Shown here one piece after another: positions 15,515-27,959 of a stretch of DNA of 64,000 bases (position 1 is the stretch's first letter; every line of letters begins with the position of its first letter). The translations under genes were made by a program, and so were the position numbers. The stretch covers positions 10,726,001 to 10,790,000 of the forward strand of contig CM022671.1 in NCBI GenBank assembly GCA_012295275.1. The letters are read 5' to 3'. Origin of the DNA: Chrysomallon squamiferum. Lineage: Eukaryota; Animalia; Mollusca. The notes beneath the pieces were generated by a model, which searched no databases, was not told the DNA's origin, and was given only the letters and a program-made list of their open reading frames with translations.

Positions 15515-16270
15515 TTTTAGATTTTCTGATGACTTGATAACAATCTAGCAAAACATCTTAATTCAGACATTATCTACACACATTTGGTTTCGATATGGTT
15601 ACAGTAGCATAAAGACAACTAATAAAATAAAATAAAGTATCTGATACTAATGGCACTAACCTGAGTTCATTGTCAACTTTTGTGATTTCCTTCTGAGGCA
15701 GTTTTACCTTCCTTCAAATCTTGTGTCATTTTCACAGTTCAGTTTTCTAGCTGCAGATTACTGAAAATATTAATATATTTTTTCAAAAATAAAAATAAAA
15801 TACACCTGGTTTTATTACATAATGTATTTATTGTTGTTATTTAAAATCTGGTTATTAATATGACAAAAGGTTCCAAATACCTCTTGTTTCATAATTATCA
15901 TTTGCTCTAACATTACTGATCTATCGATATATTGTCACTCAACTCATAGGTAAACATGAGAATTCAAGTAGGCGGGAAACCAAATGTTTTTGAATGACAT
16001 TGTCTTTATGGAAGAGTATGGTAAGCAATTTTCTGTTCTTATTTTGATTGGGTGTAATGTGCAATTAAACTGTGTCAAAAACATTTGTTATACCTAAAAT
16101 TTTAAGGTTTTAATCTGTCTTCCATAGAGATTCTTATTTTGTCTTGTTTCTTTGTATGACCTTACTCATATGACCTTTCTCAAGGAGCAGAAAATATCAT
16201 AATTAAATAATTAACTTGAACCTTAACTGAGGTGTTGTGTATATTTCTCTAGTGGATGGATAGACTTATT
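15515..16270 (+). repeat. Blocks A, B and C, each duplicated in inverted orientation in the right half
   Basis: A (15515-15945) is the reverse complement of ~57280-57786; B (15955-16000) of ~50610-50660; C (16180-16270) of ~50490-50583. Confidence 0.92.
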
Positions 16271-16439
16271 GATTTATATAGATTGCTGTCAATTTAGCAT
16301 TTATATTCCTTGTTAGGTGACCATTAAAGCACCTTGTTACCCTAGACTGAACCTTAATAAAACATACAGTGTGTTTATAAAGGTGTGTGAGCCCCCTGAC
16401 AACATGGTCATCACATATGTGTATCAAAGTAAAGCTTTT

Positions 16440-16795
16440 TACAGGTCCTAAAGCTATACAGTATTCTAAGAAAGCTGACAAGACCAGAGTGGTGATTTCA
16501 CTTCTAAACATAACTCAAAGGATGATGATTCCATATGATTTACTGTGGATGATTTGTCCAAATCTTTTGTACCATGTGTGAGAAATCTTGTTATTGTTTG
16601 ATTCTGCTTTGACTATGCACCACAAAGTGAATGCAAAATGTCACTCTCAGCTATAGAAGATCTATAGAATCATCAGGCAGTATCTGATCAGTGATGCCAC
16701 AAAAACACTGGTATATGGCCTTGTGATGTCATGACTGGGCTATTGAATTGGACAATTAAACTGCTTGCCTAATACCTTGGTCAACATCAGAAAAA
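16440..16795 (+). mobile_element. Decayed L2/CR1-type LINE RT C-terminal fragment
   Basis: Across frameshifts reads DKT.VV, CVRNL..LFDSALTMHHKVNA, IRQYL..DATKTLVYGLVMS*LGY*, which matches the VRNLG.FD..L.M and SRLDYCN region of CR1/L2 ORF2. Confidence 0.7.
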
Positions 16796-16959
16796 TAAAT
16801 TTATTTGGAAGGTAAATCGATTCTATTCAAGTATGTATCATCTACTAACTTACTTTTCAAACTTAAGATTATGAACAGCAACAAAAGATCCAAAAGAAAG
16901 TCAATTGTTGTTTTCTGTTGAATTTTCTTTCACTTACTTCAACAGTGTCAAAACCAAAT

Positions 16960-17345
16960 AATGGTGTTTAGAACTCACACAGTGGTATTAAATTGTAACA
17001 TTGTCACCTGGTGACAGAACAACTCACTTTGCCAGCCAGTGCTTACTGAAGCATGACACTTAACAATAACATTTTAGAGTGCAGACTGAAGCTGTCCAGT
17101 CAGTATGACAGCTCTGTGGGGTGAACAGAAACAAGCTGACTGGTCAAACAGATCAGCTTGTCATGTCAGCTGAAGTTAAACGAGAAAAAAAATTGAAATA
17201 AAATACCTGGCTTTTTCTTCTTTAATATCATCTTATAAATTGCAATTTCCTTATAAATATTCACAAGAAATAAATATATAATATTCGTTTCTCACTTTCT
17301 TATCATACAGAATTTTCAAATTAATGCAACAGTTGATGTCAATAA
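16960..17345 (+). repeat. Block D, with an inverted copy at 60050-60437
   Basis: aatggtgtttagaactcacacagtgg...tgtcacctggtgacagaac matches the reverse complement of the sequence just before the gap. Confidence 0.92.
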
Positions 17346-17403
17346 GAATAATTTATTAATTTTAAATGTTTTTTTCTAAATAAGAAAAATGTATTTCATT
17401 TTC

Positions 17404-17445
<42 letters not shown>

Positions 17446-17701
17446 TACCTTCAACTTAGTATCAATATGGTATAATAATAACAATAATAATAATAATAAT
17501 AATAATAATAAGGAAATAAATGACAACATTCAGAATTATCTCTGATATGCTGAAAAATGTCTCAGTTCAAGGAGACAGATGCAAATGCCAGCAGTTTCTG
17601 AAGATGCTGGATAGGCAACACCTGATCAGTGACAAAAGCTATTTTCAAAGAAAGGTTTAGGGTGATAATTTTTAAAAATGTCTCCAAAAGTCAAAGTGAT
17701 T

Positions 17702-17859
17702 TGTTACATAATATTTGTTGTCTTTTTAAAACTTGAATCAGTGTTCAGGTAGTTATTTCATCAATTATTGTAATAAATCATGTTACATAATATTTGTTGT
17801 CTCTTTTAAACTTGAATCAGTGTTTAGGTAGTTATTTCATCAATTATTGTAATAAATCA
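17702..17859. repeat. 79-bp direct tandem duplication
   Basis: tgttacataatatttgttgtct...ttgtaataaatca occurs at 17702-17780 and 17781-17859. Confidence 0.92.
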
Positions 17860-17929
17860 TAGCCACTCTTCTAAATTTAAAAGTTTCCCTAGTTTGTTTT
17901 TGAGGGATTATTCTATAAAATTATGACAT

Positions 17930-19330
17930 GCCCATCTACATGGCAAAACAAAATAATGCTAAAAAACAAAAATCAAAAACTTTACAAATAAAACTAATCC
18001 ACTACCAAATTCAGTCAAACTCAAATATGACATTCTGCAGTGCATACATCACATTAAATTCCTTGAAGAGAATCTGGCCAATTCCACTCTCCTTAAAGCC
18101 ATCCAAAAGAAAGTAAAATAAATTATTTTATAAAAGCAGCTTTAACATTTGATTTAAACCGTAACAACCAAAAGTGAACATGTCAGATGCTAAACTTACG
18201 GATTAACTATTATGTAAATTCCATAAAAAATCTGTGCTTTTATATATGCTTATAGATTTAGATATGACTAAATACAATGCAGTCAATTGGAGTAGAACAA
18301 ATTATAAAACTAAACTATTTAAATGTGCAATATTATAATTTTTAAATTTTGTTTCTGGGTTAGCCCAAAGGAATCCCAAAACAGGGTGAATAATCACAGC
18401 CCCAAAACTGGTACTATCCATGCAGGTAGACCAAAATGGGGTCTTTCATCACCATCAATTATTACTCTGTGTAAATATCCAAATTTAAAGGCTAACCTGC
18501 CAGTTTCTAAAACTCATGCTCCATGCATCACTCCTAAAGTTAATCAACCACCTAAATCATTTGCTGTTTTAAAATCTCCCACATTTAGGCCTTCTAAATT
18601 TTATAAACACCAACATGCACTATCTGATAAACCACAATGCCTGAAATTGTTAGAATACCTTAATTTTTGGCTCCTCGAATTCAACACGGACTAATGAAGA
18701 CGTACATAAACAGATCCAAGTAGAATGCTATCCAGAATGCTGGTACCAATCACTTTAAGACAATGGCCATTAATCATAAAAGTAATAATAGCAAGAAAAT
18801 AATTCTAAATATAGATATAAACTGCAATGACCAACAACATTCCTCAACTAGCACGAACCAGTTAAGAAATATGATAAGCTCTATCCATAAAAAATTCTCA
18901 AAAAGTTAAATATTTTTTTAGAGGAATAAACATTTCAGATAAACGTTTGGCAAGTTAGAAATTATGCCTAAAACAAATACTGTTTAGGCAGATAAAAAAA
19001 ACGAACATCGATGTGGGTATAGAATCTGTTGAGACAGCTTTTGAAAAATACCCAAATACAGACCAACCAAAACCATTATTGAATTAATTGAATTAAGCTT
19101 AAGAGTTAACATCTTTGAAGTTAATGGAGAAATTTAATAGCACATTTGTGTCTGCACAATGGGTAGACATTTAGCCCACATTTTGCCTCTATCTATATCA
19201 CAGAATGGGAAGAAATGGTATTAAACAAAGCAACCAAGAAGCCATTTTTATATCTCAGATATTTAGATGACATTCATATAATTTGACAACATTCTAAAGA
19301 TGAATTCTGAAATATTTTTAATTAGTAAAT
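17930..19330 (+). mobile_element. Decayed Penelope-like retroelement (RT relic; no GIY-YIG seen)
   Basis: 19000-19320 reads across lesions as TNIDVGIESVETAFEKYP..IIELIELSL..NIFEVNGE..CTMGRHLA.HFASIYITEWEEMVLNKATKKPFLYLRYLDDIHII. This is the PLE RT signature (G.AMG..AP.ANI; RYLDD). The left boundary is uncertain. Confidence 0.8.
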
Positions 19331-19799
19331 CAAGAAAATAATAATACAATGTCTTAGTATAAGTTTAATAAATAGTAATCATAATAATACAAACTTAATG
19401 TGTTATTTTCAGTAGTTTCTTGAACTATATATAAATATAGCTATAGTTTCAAAGCAATGCTAATTGATTTTTTATTTATGTTGCAAAATTGACTCGGCCT
19501 GCTTTGAATAAATGTTTCCTTCATACTGGGTGCATTTTAAATCTTAATGAGAGTGGCTGAATTTTTTAAATTTTTATAATTTATTTACTTTACCAATAGC
19601 CATATTCATATTTATTTTTTCGCTTTTAGTCAGTTTTGAAGGCTAAGCTTAACAACCAATGCATGATTCATAGATTAATATCAGCACTGCACTGATCTGA
19701 AGTAATGTTTAATCTCACTTGAACAATCAAATTAGTGTAACAATTTCAGGAAACCTTTAGATTAAAGAGAAATACTAGTTAAAATAGTCTGAAATTTGT

Positions 19800-21756
19800 A
19801 CTATATACTATGCATGTATTACACGAGCTATAGCCTAAATGTATCATAAATAGTATCCCTTTAATGTAATAGGTCTAACATGGAGACCTAACTTACCGTT
19901 ATATGTAGCCGTTCTATGATTTACAAAATTTTATGGCCATAGCCCTAAAATATTGTATATGATGCCTGGCAAATGAAATAAATATACTGCACAATTTAAG
20001 CTTGCAGTAATTAGATTTGCTGAAAATTCTAACAATTCTGCTGCTGGACGGGAGTATGGAGTCAGAGAAAAACTTGTTAGGGACTGGAGTAAAATGAGTA
20101 CTAAATTACTTGAAATGCCAAAAGTGAAGTGTGCTGACAGAGGCAAAAAGTCAAAACATCCGGAAATAGAAAAGACACTTTTTGAGTCGGTTCAAGCAAG
20201 TAGACAAGTAGGCTATATAGTTACAAGGGGTGCTATCCGTTTACAAGCACTTAAGTTAGCTAAGAAGGCAGGAATTACGGATTTTAAAGCCAGTCCTGGT
20301 TGGTGCACGCTGTTCATGAAAAGGCATCATTTAGTCTTAAGACAAAAAACCAAAATCGCCCAGCGCTTACCCAGAGAGCTTGATGATAAAATAACAAGTT
20401 TTCACAGATTTGTTATCCGTCATAGAGAGAAAAACAAGTATGCTTTGGTATGTATTGGCAACATGGATGAAACGCCAATGACGTTTGACATGCCATCGAA
20501 TAGAACTGTTAACAAGATAGGAGAAAAAACCGTGCTAGTGAAAACAACAGGCAATGAAAAGTCAAAATTCACCGTTATTTTAGGCTGTATGGCAGACGGA
20601 ACGAAGTTAAAACCTATGGTAGTTTTCAAGCGCAAAACTATGCCAAAAGAAAAATTTCCAAAGGGCATATTAATACACGTACATCCAAAAGGGTGGTTGG
20701 ATGCGGCCGGATGCAAGCTCTGGGTTAACCAAGTGTGGAGCACTCGTTCAGGTGGATTACAAAAAGAAAAGTCTTTGTTAGCATGGGACATGTTCAAAGC
20801 ACACCTGGTTGATTCTGTAAAAGAAGCTGTAAGATGAGAAAAAAATACAGTTGGCAGTCATCCCTGGGGGCCTGACAAGCATTTCACAACCTTTGGATGT
20901 CTCAATAAATAAGCCGTTTAAAGACACTGTTCGGCATTTTTGGAATCAGTGGATGCTAAATGGGGACAAGACATTCACAAAAGGTGGCAATATGAGAGCA
21001 CCATCACTAGTTACAGTGTGTGAGTGGGTACGTGACGCCTGGCAGCAGTTGGACCCGGCTATAATTGTTAAGGCCTTTCTGAAGTGTGGAATTTCAAATG
21101 CACTAGATGGGACGGAGGATGACTATTTATGGCGCTTGACCCAATGCCCTTGCTGATTCCGTTCAAGAAAATAGTCCCACAGGAGAGGATTCTGGGAATG
21201 ATGACCCACTTGACAGTGACGATGATCTTTATGATGATGCAATTAACACTGGCGGTATTGAAGAGTGGAATGAACTTTTTGGGGCAAGCGATAGTGATGG
21301 CGAAAAATGACTTTGAAGTCTTTGAATAAACTTTTTGTTACACTAGATTATAGTATTACCCGGTAAATGTTGGATGTTTTGGAATTAAAATGTTTGTATT
21401 GTTGCAATGTTTCATAATTACCAGGATATATAGATCAAGGTCTATTTAAAGGTACGTGTGGATTTCCAGGCATTAGACGTAATTCAGTATTTAATTAAAT
21501 TTTGTAGATAAATTCCAAAAGATGTGTTGTTTTATTATTTATTACCGGTATTTTACATGAACGTGCAATTCAAAGTAAGATAATTTCGAAACCTCAAAGA
21601 CAGTGATTATTTTAGATGCATCCCGTAGCAAAAAATAGTCAAAATGGCGACTCTTCAGCAACAGCTACAAAAGCATTACCTATGTATAAGTCGACCCCCA
21701 AAATATTACCTTAATATAGTCTCCCAAAAATTCGACTTATACACAAGTATATATGG
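19800..21756 (+). mobile_element. pogo-superfamily DNA transposon (DD35D, Passer/POGK-like); left TIR apparently deleted
   Basis: Right TIR tcgacttatacacaagtatatatgg ends at 21756 and is followed by TA. No complete left TIR; flanking module sequence is also missing on that side. Confidence 0.85.
19962..21329 (+). pseudogene. pogo transposase pseudogene (Brinker-like HTH, CENP-B HTH, DDE_1)
   Basis: MPGK*NKYTAQFKLAVIRFAE..., FKASPGWCTLFMKRHHL, NMDETP, AWDMF, QPLDVSINKPFK, acidic tail. Stops at 19974 and 20835 plus frameshifts. Removing one A at ~20845 gives 35 aa between D2 and D3. Confidence 0.92.
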
Positions 21757-22823
21757 TATATATATATATATATTACATATTTTTATAACTTTTAATTTTC
21801 TATTTCTATACACGCATTTTGTTTAATAAAAATAAAAATTATTACAACAAATACAATAATATGCTACAGCTCATTCAGGTTAATATATTCTCTAAAGCTC
21901 TAAACTCCTGAAAGATAAACTTAATTATGAGGCTATTATACTAAAATTAATGATACAGTTTTCTTTAGTTTATTTAGTTCACATTATCATATTTCAGAAA
22001 TGTCTAAATGATATAAATGGAAATATCTGAATAAATGTTTAAGATAACAACTGTTGAAAACAATGATAGTTATTGCCAGAAACAGTGAATGATTCACAAA
22101 AATGAAGTTGTGTCAAATGCAGTTTCATTTCATTCTTATTTAATATTTTATCTGATTACTTTTTTAAAATACATATCCACTCCAAGAAAAAGGAAATTTG
22201 ACAAAGCAGGAAAAAGAAGAAATTAACTATAAGAAATCAATGAATTTATAACAGATTTAGTTAATGGGCACATCTGTTAGAGATTGAGCAGCCAAATTTT
22301 AGATGATCTCCAATATATCAATAATATCACAGGCAATGCAATATCATTGATACTATTACTCGATATTTTTAATTTTATAATATCCCTTGTTCTCATTGCT
22401 TCTTTCTGGGAGTGAAAAGTTGTTTTGTTTCAGAGATTATGATACAATGTGTTAGTAACAATTTGATAAATTTTAATTATAATAATACACACTTAATCAA
22501 ATATTTCCAGAAATGCCTTGATGCATAGATTAATACCAACATTATATTAGTTTGAAGTAATATTTAATCTTATTTGAACAATGAAATTAATAATTTAAGC
22601 AACTGTTTAAAGACAACTACCAGTTAAAATGGTTTCAAATTTGTACTAGCTTAAATTATGTTATGTACTGAAATAAAGGCAGCAAACAATTCCAGCCACT
22701 GTGAAACCCACGAACGATAACTCCAGTGAATAATTTATCACATGTCAGTTCTTTCAAAGAAATAGTTCGCCAATTCAATAAAAGTTTAAATTTCTAAGGT
22801 ATAAAACATGCTCACTTTTATTA

Positions 22824-23684
22824 CCGTATATACTTGTGTACAAGGCGACCTTATGTATAAGTCGATGTATATTTTAAGACCAAAAATTGTGTCATTTTAG
22901 GTATTACTTGTGTATAAGTCGACTGTAGATTCCAGGCACCGTCACTATTTTTAGACCAGTGTGACAGTGCCAGGAAGGCCTACATTGTACGCCTACTGTA
23001 ACATAACTGGCACGAGCTGTAAGTTGCACGTGCAATTCAAAGTAAGATAATTTCGGAACCTCAGCAATATTTTTTTCTATCGAAACTCTGCTACAAGACA
23101 CACACCCGATCCTATTCCTAGCGTGCTAATTGGCCGAGGCTTCGCGCACTTGGCAACCGACTAGAATAACAAATATGGCGAGAAGTTGAACTGATTTTTG
23201 TTGCAGAACGTTTATAGAAATTTAGTTTGTTTTCGATTTGTCGGTAGTGGATATTAATTACGATTGCAATATTATTTCACCAAATTCTTTACAATTACAC
23301 AAGTGAGTTTTGTTTATGAAATTAGGACAATTTGGCAGAGAAGTCTGCATTCCTAGATCATTGCAAGACGCCGTAAGGCATAACACCGTACTGACGGTTT
23401 TCTCTCTTTAATGTACTTTTATGCCATTAAACGGAAGAATATAATGTTTTACATTCATATTTGGTTTTGTTATTTAATTTTTCCAAATTGTTTTTACGAT
23501 AAAATTACATTTTTGAAAAGCTGAAAGACCGCGATTATTTTAGATGCATCCTGTAGCAAAAATTAGTCAAAATGGCGACTCTTCAGCAACAGCTACAAAA
23601 GCATTACCTATGTATAAGTCGACCCCCAAAATATTACCTTAATATAGTCTCCCAAAAATTCGACTTATACACAAGTACATACAG
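22824..23684 (+). mobile_element. Non-autonomous pogo derivative (MITE-like, 861 bp) with TA TSD
   Basis: TA|ccgtatatacttgtgtacaaggcga ... tcgacttatacacaagtacatacag|TA (25-bp TIR, 4 mismatches). The last ~150 bp are nearly identical to the 3' end of the neighbouring pogo element. Confidence 0.92.
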
Positions 23685-23934
23685 TATTTAAAAAAAGCAC
23701 ACATTTGAAAACTGTAGCAAAATTAAAATTTCAAGTATGTAATGCAATTTATTTTAGAAATATGGTGTTTGTTATGCATCATTTTGGATCAGACATATTG
23801 TTTGCTAGCTCAGTAGCTGCATTTGAGGAAAATCAAATTTATAATATCTGTTTACTATATTCTCAATCACCATTTCTAATCTTTTTATATCCAGTGATAA
23901 TTTTTGATAATGAGCAAATTTGTCTTATTTTCAG

Positions 23935-25336
23935 ATTCCAGTCGTTCCTTTTCGAGACTGGTTGTTAGAAGGAGATGGCAGCAGAAGTCTGTTAACAGTA
24001 AGAATCTATTTAAAAAATCAAAGCCATTCACGTAAGTTTAAAGTTAATCCTATTTCAAATAGTGGATCATAACCTTATGTCTGGCTATTGAAAATATATT
24101 TAACACAGGTCTTAACTATTAGGGATGCTTCTATAAATGGACTGCATAAACCACTTCGATTGTGGCCAACAGATAATTAAATGCTATAACATAAATAACT
24201 ATATATCATCGAATCCATAATAAGAGCACATTTAGAAAATGAATGGACATGTGCATCAACTAACTGGGTTTAAGGGCACTGGGGTGTTTTCCAGAGTGTG
24301 TACCTGTAAGTTGTCATTGGCATTACTGACCTTGTTTTTGCAGACAAAACTAAACATAAATCTGTACATGTGGCTTAAACCATATTAGTACCTAGTATTA
24401 GGAACTGCACAGACATTTGTGCCATGAAATTCGGTTTAAGAGCAACAGGGGTTTCAGTTGGGGTGTTGCTGTAAGTCGTCATTGGCAACATTGATCTTCC
24501 TTTTGCAGACAGAACTAAATGCTGTGACATAAATCTCTATATGTGGTATAAACCATATTAGTATGTAGTATTGGGAACTGCATAGACTTTTGCAATATTT
24601 TAATCTATGCTCTTTTCAGCTATGTTGAAAGTGATTGGCCTCAGCTGCACATGGAACCTGTTGTAGATGATAAGGCAAGTTTTTACAAGAGTTGCTGTTT
24701 ATTTCCTTTTTGTAATTTAATTTAGATTAGAGTCTTGAACATTTTTGATGCATTATTTTGTGCAGGTAATGTTCTTTCTGTTTATGTTCTTACATGTATC
24801 AGTAATTCTAATAAACTTTATTGGTGTGTATGTGTTCTCACTAACTGATATATCAGAACTGCCACTTTAAAATAAACTATTATTTTGGCTATTTGTTATC
24901 TTTTTCATGAGCAGATCATAGGCACATTCTTAACTTTCCTATTTGCTTCTCGGGTTTTTTTGTAATATTATAATAAGTTGTAGCAATTCAGATATTTCTT
25001 CACTTTATTTTTGCAGTGTATGAAAAGTGGAAAATGTCAGTCATTTATTGAAATTCCTTACCCACAGATGGATTTTTATTGAAGAACAGTGTTCATGTAC
25101 TTTGCTGTGATAAAGGATATTTTTTGTCAATCTTGTTTTATTTTTAATAAGACGATAACAAAACATTTCAGACTGATATGTCAGATGAAGATCAGACTTG
25201 TGAAGAGGAGCAAGTTTTTGATGACAATGTTTATGAGATAGTTACACGAGAAGATGATACCTCTGATGATTATGATAATGATTTCCCATTATGGGAAAAA
25301 GTGAAGAAGAGAAAATCTCAGGAAAGATTATATTGA
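23935..25336 (+). CDS. Putative spliced orphan ORF, 3' part only (exons 23935-24031, 24620-24674, 25172-25336)
   Basis: Phase-compatible junctions (GT-AG, then GC-AG) give SSRSFSRLVVRRRWQQKSVNSKNLFKKSKPFTYVESDWPQLHMEPVVDDKTDMSDEDQTCEEEQ...WEKVKKRKSQERLY*. No homologue recognised and no start exon found. Confidence 0.35.
24281..24595. repeat. Diverged direct duplication of ~135 bp
   Basis: ctgtaagt.gtcattggca...aaaccatattagta...ggaactgca at 24281-24420 and 24460-24595. Confidence 0.8.
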
Positions 25337-26261
25337 TGCTTTTTCCTATCCACACACACCATACACAATTAAACTCAGTTAAAACCTACTTACAACTTTT
25401 GTTTTACATTTGTAAGCAGTATATACTTTAGTCAGTTCTACTGAGATAAACAGTCTATCGACAGAAGCCAGTAATGAAAGATGTGATGGTTCAAAATGGG
25501 TAATAAAATCATTAACAAAAGACTTGTTACACTGAATCATTTACTGTTATAAAATTTCAACTGTTTACCTTCATTTCAGTTTGCTAATGTTTTTTATAAT
25601 TAACCATAATAACCAAAACATAGTGATAAATGTTTCACATATCAGTTAGTTCAGAATTATGATGGGACTGTTCTTTTGCTATAGTGTAGCATTTTATATA
25701 AATATGACCACAGAAATAAATAAATACGTAATTTCATGTGATTTACAAAATCATGCGAAATCATTTAGTTCATAGTTACAAGACAAAACTGATAATGTTC
25801 AGTTAAAGAATTTGTTCATAGTTAAAGTGTCCTTTGCTGATATGAACACAACTATCATGTACATTTTACATTTTTACAAGTTATGTTTTATTTTGGGTTT
25901 TTTATATTATTTATTTTTCCTTTATTTTTTCTTTATGTTTTCATTATTTTTATTTTTTTCCCTGCAAATCAATATTAATAATAAAGTATATATATTAAGG
26001 TTTACATTTCAGAAATATATTAGTCTTGATATGACTGTAATTTTTTTTTTTTTTTTTATTATTCTGAAGATTGTTTTCATCTAATGTGGAGTACAGGTTT
26101 AAGCTGCACTTTTTTTTATATGTTCTTGTTGTTTTTTTGTAATTTACAAATTAAGGCTTGAAATGATTATTTATTTAATCATTGTGTTAGTTCATACTAA
26201 CCAAAATTTTCAAGTTCTATCATTTTTTTTTTCATATAACAAAACTTGATTTACTAATACC

Positions 26262-27959
26262 ATGGACAAACATAGTCTGCTGATGAATAGTAATAACATA
26301 AAAGAAATAAGAGAATTGCTACATGATATTTTTGTGGTTTTGACCTCCAGTCACGTATATTTCTATAATGCATACTTCATAGACAAATTAATTCGTAAAA
26401 TCAACTCTTTTCAAACATCGGTTTCAGAAGAATGTTCTGATTTTGATGAATATAATTTTAAACAAGTAGACATGAAAATGTTCCAACCTGGTTACCATAC
26501 AGAGGAGGAAGAATTTCTTAATTTAGCTGAAAACTCTCCTTTTAAGGCATTTTCTGAAGTTATCTTAGAAAATGTTAAGAAAATTTGCTTGGCATGTAAA
26601 TTTGTTGAAAATAGTAATGTCAATACATATTTTGCCATTATGGTCCAATATACTTTTGACAAATATAGCACAGACAGAAAAATCTGCATCAGAAATTCCC
26701 AGTAGTAAAAACTTCATTCATGAGCAGATGAAAACAACTAGTACAATTGAAAACAGGTTTACAATTCTGAAGTATATTGGACTGCAAGGCAGAACCCATT
26801 ATAGACAGGATGATTTTTCAGAAAAATTGCATAATCTGACTGTTTCAGTGCAAAAATTGGCAGCTGTAGATTGTATGAAAGTGAACAAATATTTAAGGAA
26901 GATAAAGAAACCAGTTGGTAAAAAAAGTAAATATAACAAAATCAGAAATGTGGGCCAAATCAAAACAGCAACCTGATAATTTTAAGAAGAAAGATAAAAT
27001 TGAAACAACATCCAATACCACTAAAATATGGAACAAATCCAGTCTAGTGTATGATCACTGCTTCAAAAGTGTGCATTATAGTCATGAGAAAAATGTAAAA
27101 ACTGTTGACCAAGATGTCACTGATTTAGGATTCATCTGCAGACCTATGAAGAATTTTGGCAACACCTGCTGGTTTAATGCAGTGATGCAAGCCCTAGCAG
27201 CAAGTGATTTAGCATGTTTAATTCTTTATGAAAATAAATGTCAGCCTGTAACTGTATTTTCTGATAATAATGTAAAATTACCACTTCAGAGAGCAGAAGA
27301 AAGTGTGATAAAAATACTGAAAATTTTGAAAGATGAAAATAAACACTGCAAAGAGGTACCAGATGTTATTTTTACACAATGCAATAGTAAATGTTGCTTA
27401 TGCAATGGGAACAAATATTAATGGTCAGCAAGATGCTAATGAGTTGTTTACTAAAAGTATTGGCAATCTAACTGAAAGGGTTCAAGGTAGTATTATTTTG
27501 CAACACGAATATATTTGTTTACAGTGTAGCTCAACAACATTCAGTGAAAATAATTATGGGCATTTCATAACATGTCACCTTGATGCAATGGGCCACAGTT
27601 CTGTGCAACAGTTATTTGACAATTCTATTAAATCAGAGAGAGTGCAAAAGGCCAGCACGTGCTCACATAATAAATGTTTATTAAAGAAACACTTAGTTTC
27701 TTTCCCTTCATCTGTTATTTTCATAATTCAGAGATTTTTATTTGATGAATGTATGAGAAAAAATTCAAATTATGTTCATATTCCTCACAATTTGTTCATA
27801 AAATGTAATGATCAGAGTAAAAATGCAGAAAAAGCAGAAATTAAATATCAGCTGAAGAGTATTGTCTGTCATCATGGAGATTCCTGTCACGGAGGTCACT
27901 ATACCACACTTATTGAACATCAGTTTGTTTCATGTGATGATAATTCGCTGTCTTTTTAG
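26262..27959 (+). pseudogene. Intronless, frameshifted fusion: NOF/Mutator-like transposase C-terminus plus ubiquitin-specific protease (peptidase C19) domain
   Basis: USP motifs are clear: Cys box MKNFGNTCWFNAVMQAL, QQDANELF, CLQC, IIQRF, His box YQLKSIVCHHGDSCHGGHYTT, CDD. The N-terminal LPLWSNILL...TTSTIENRFTILK...RQDDF resembles NOF-type transposases (less certain). Four overlapping ORFs need three frameshifts to join. Confidence 0.78.

Larger units (their letters stand above)
19340..22660 (+). repeat. Older, diverged inner copies of the array modules, interrupted by the pogo element
   Basis: Module homologues at 19340-19800 and 21770-22660, e.g. cactccaagaaaaaggaaatttgacaaagcagg at ~22177. 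Confidence 0.85.
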
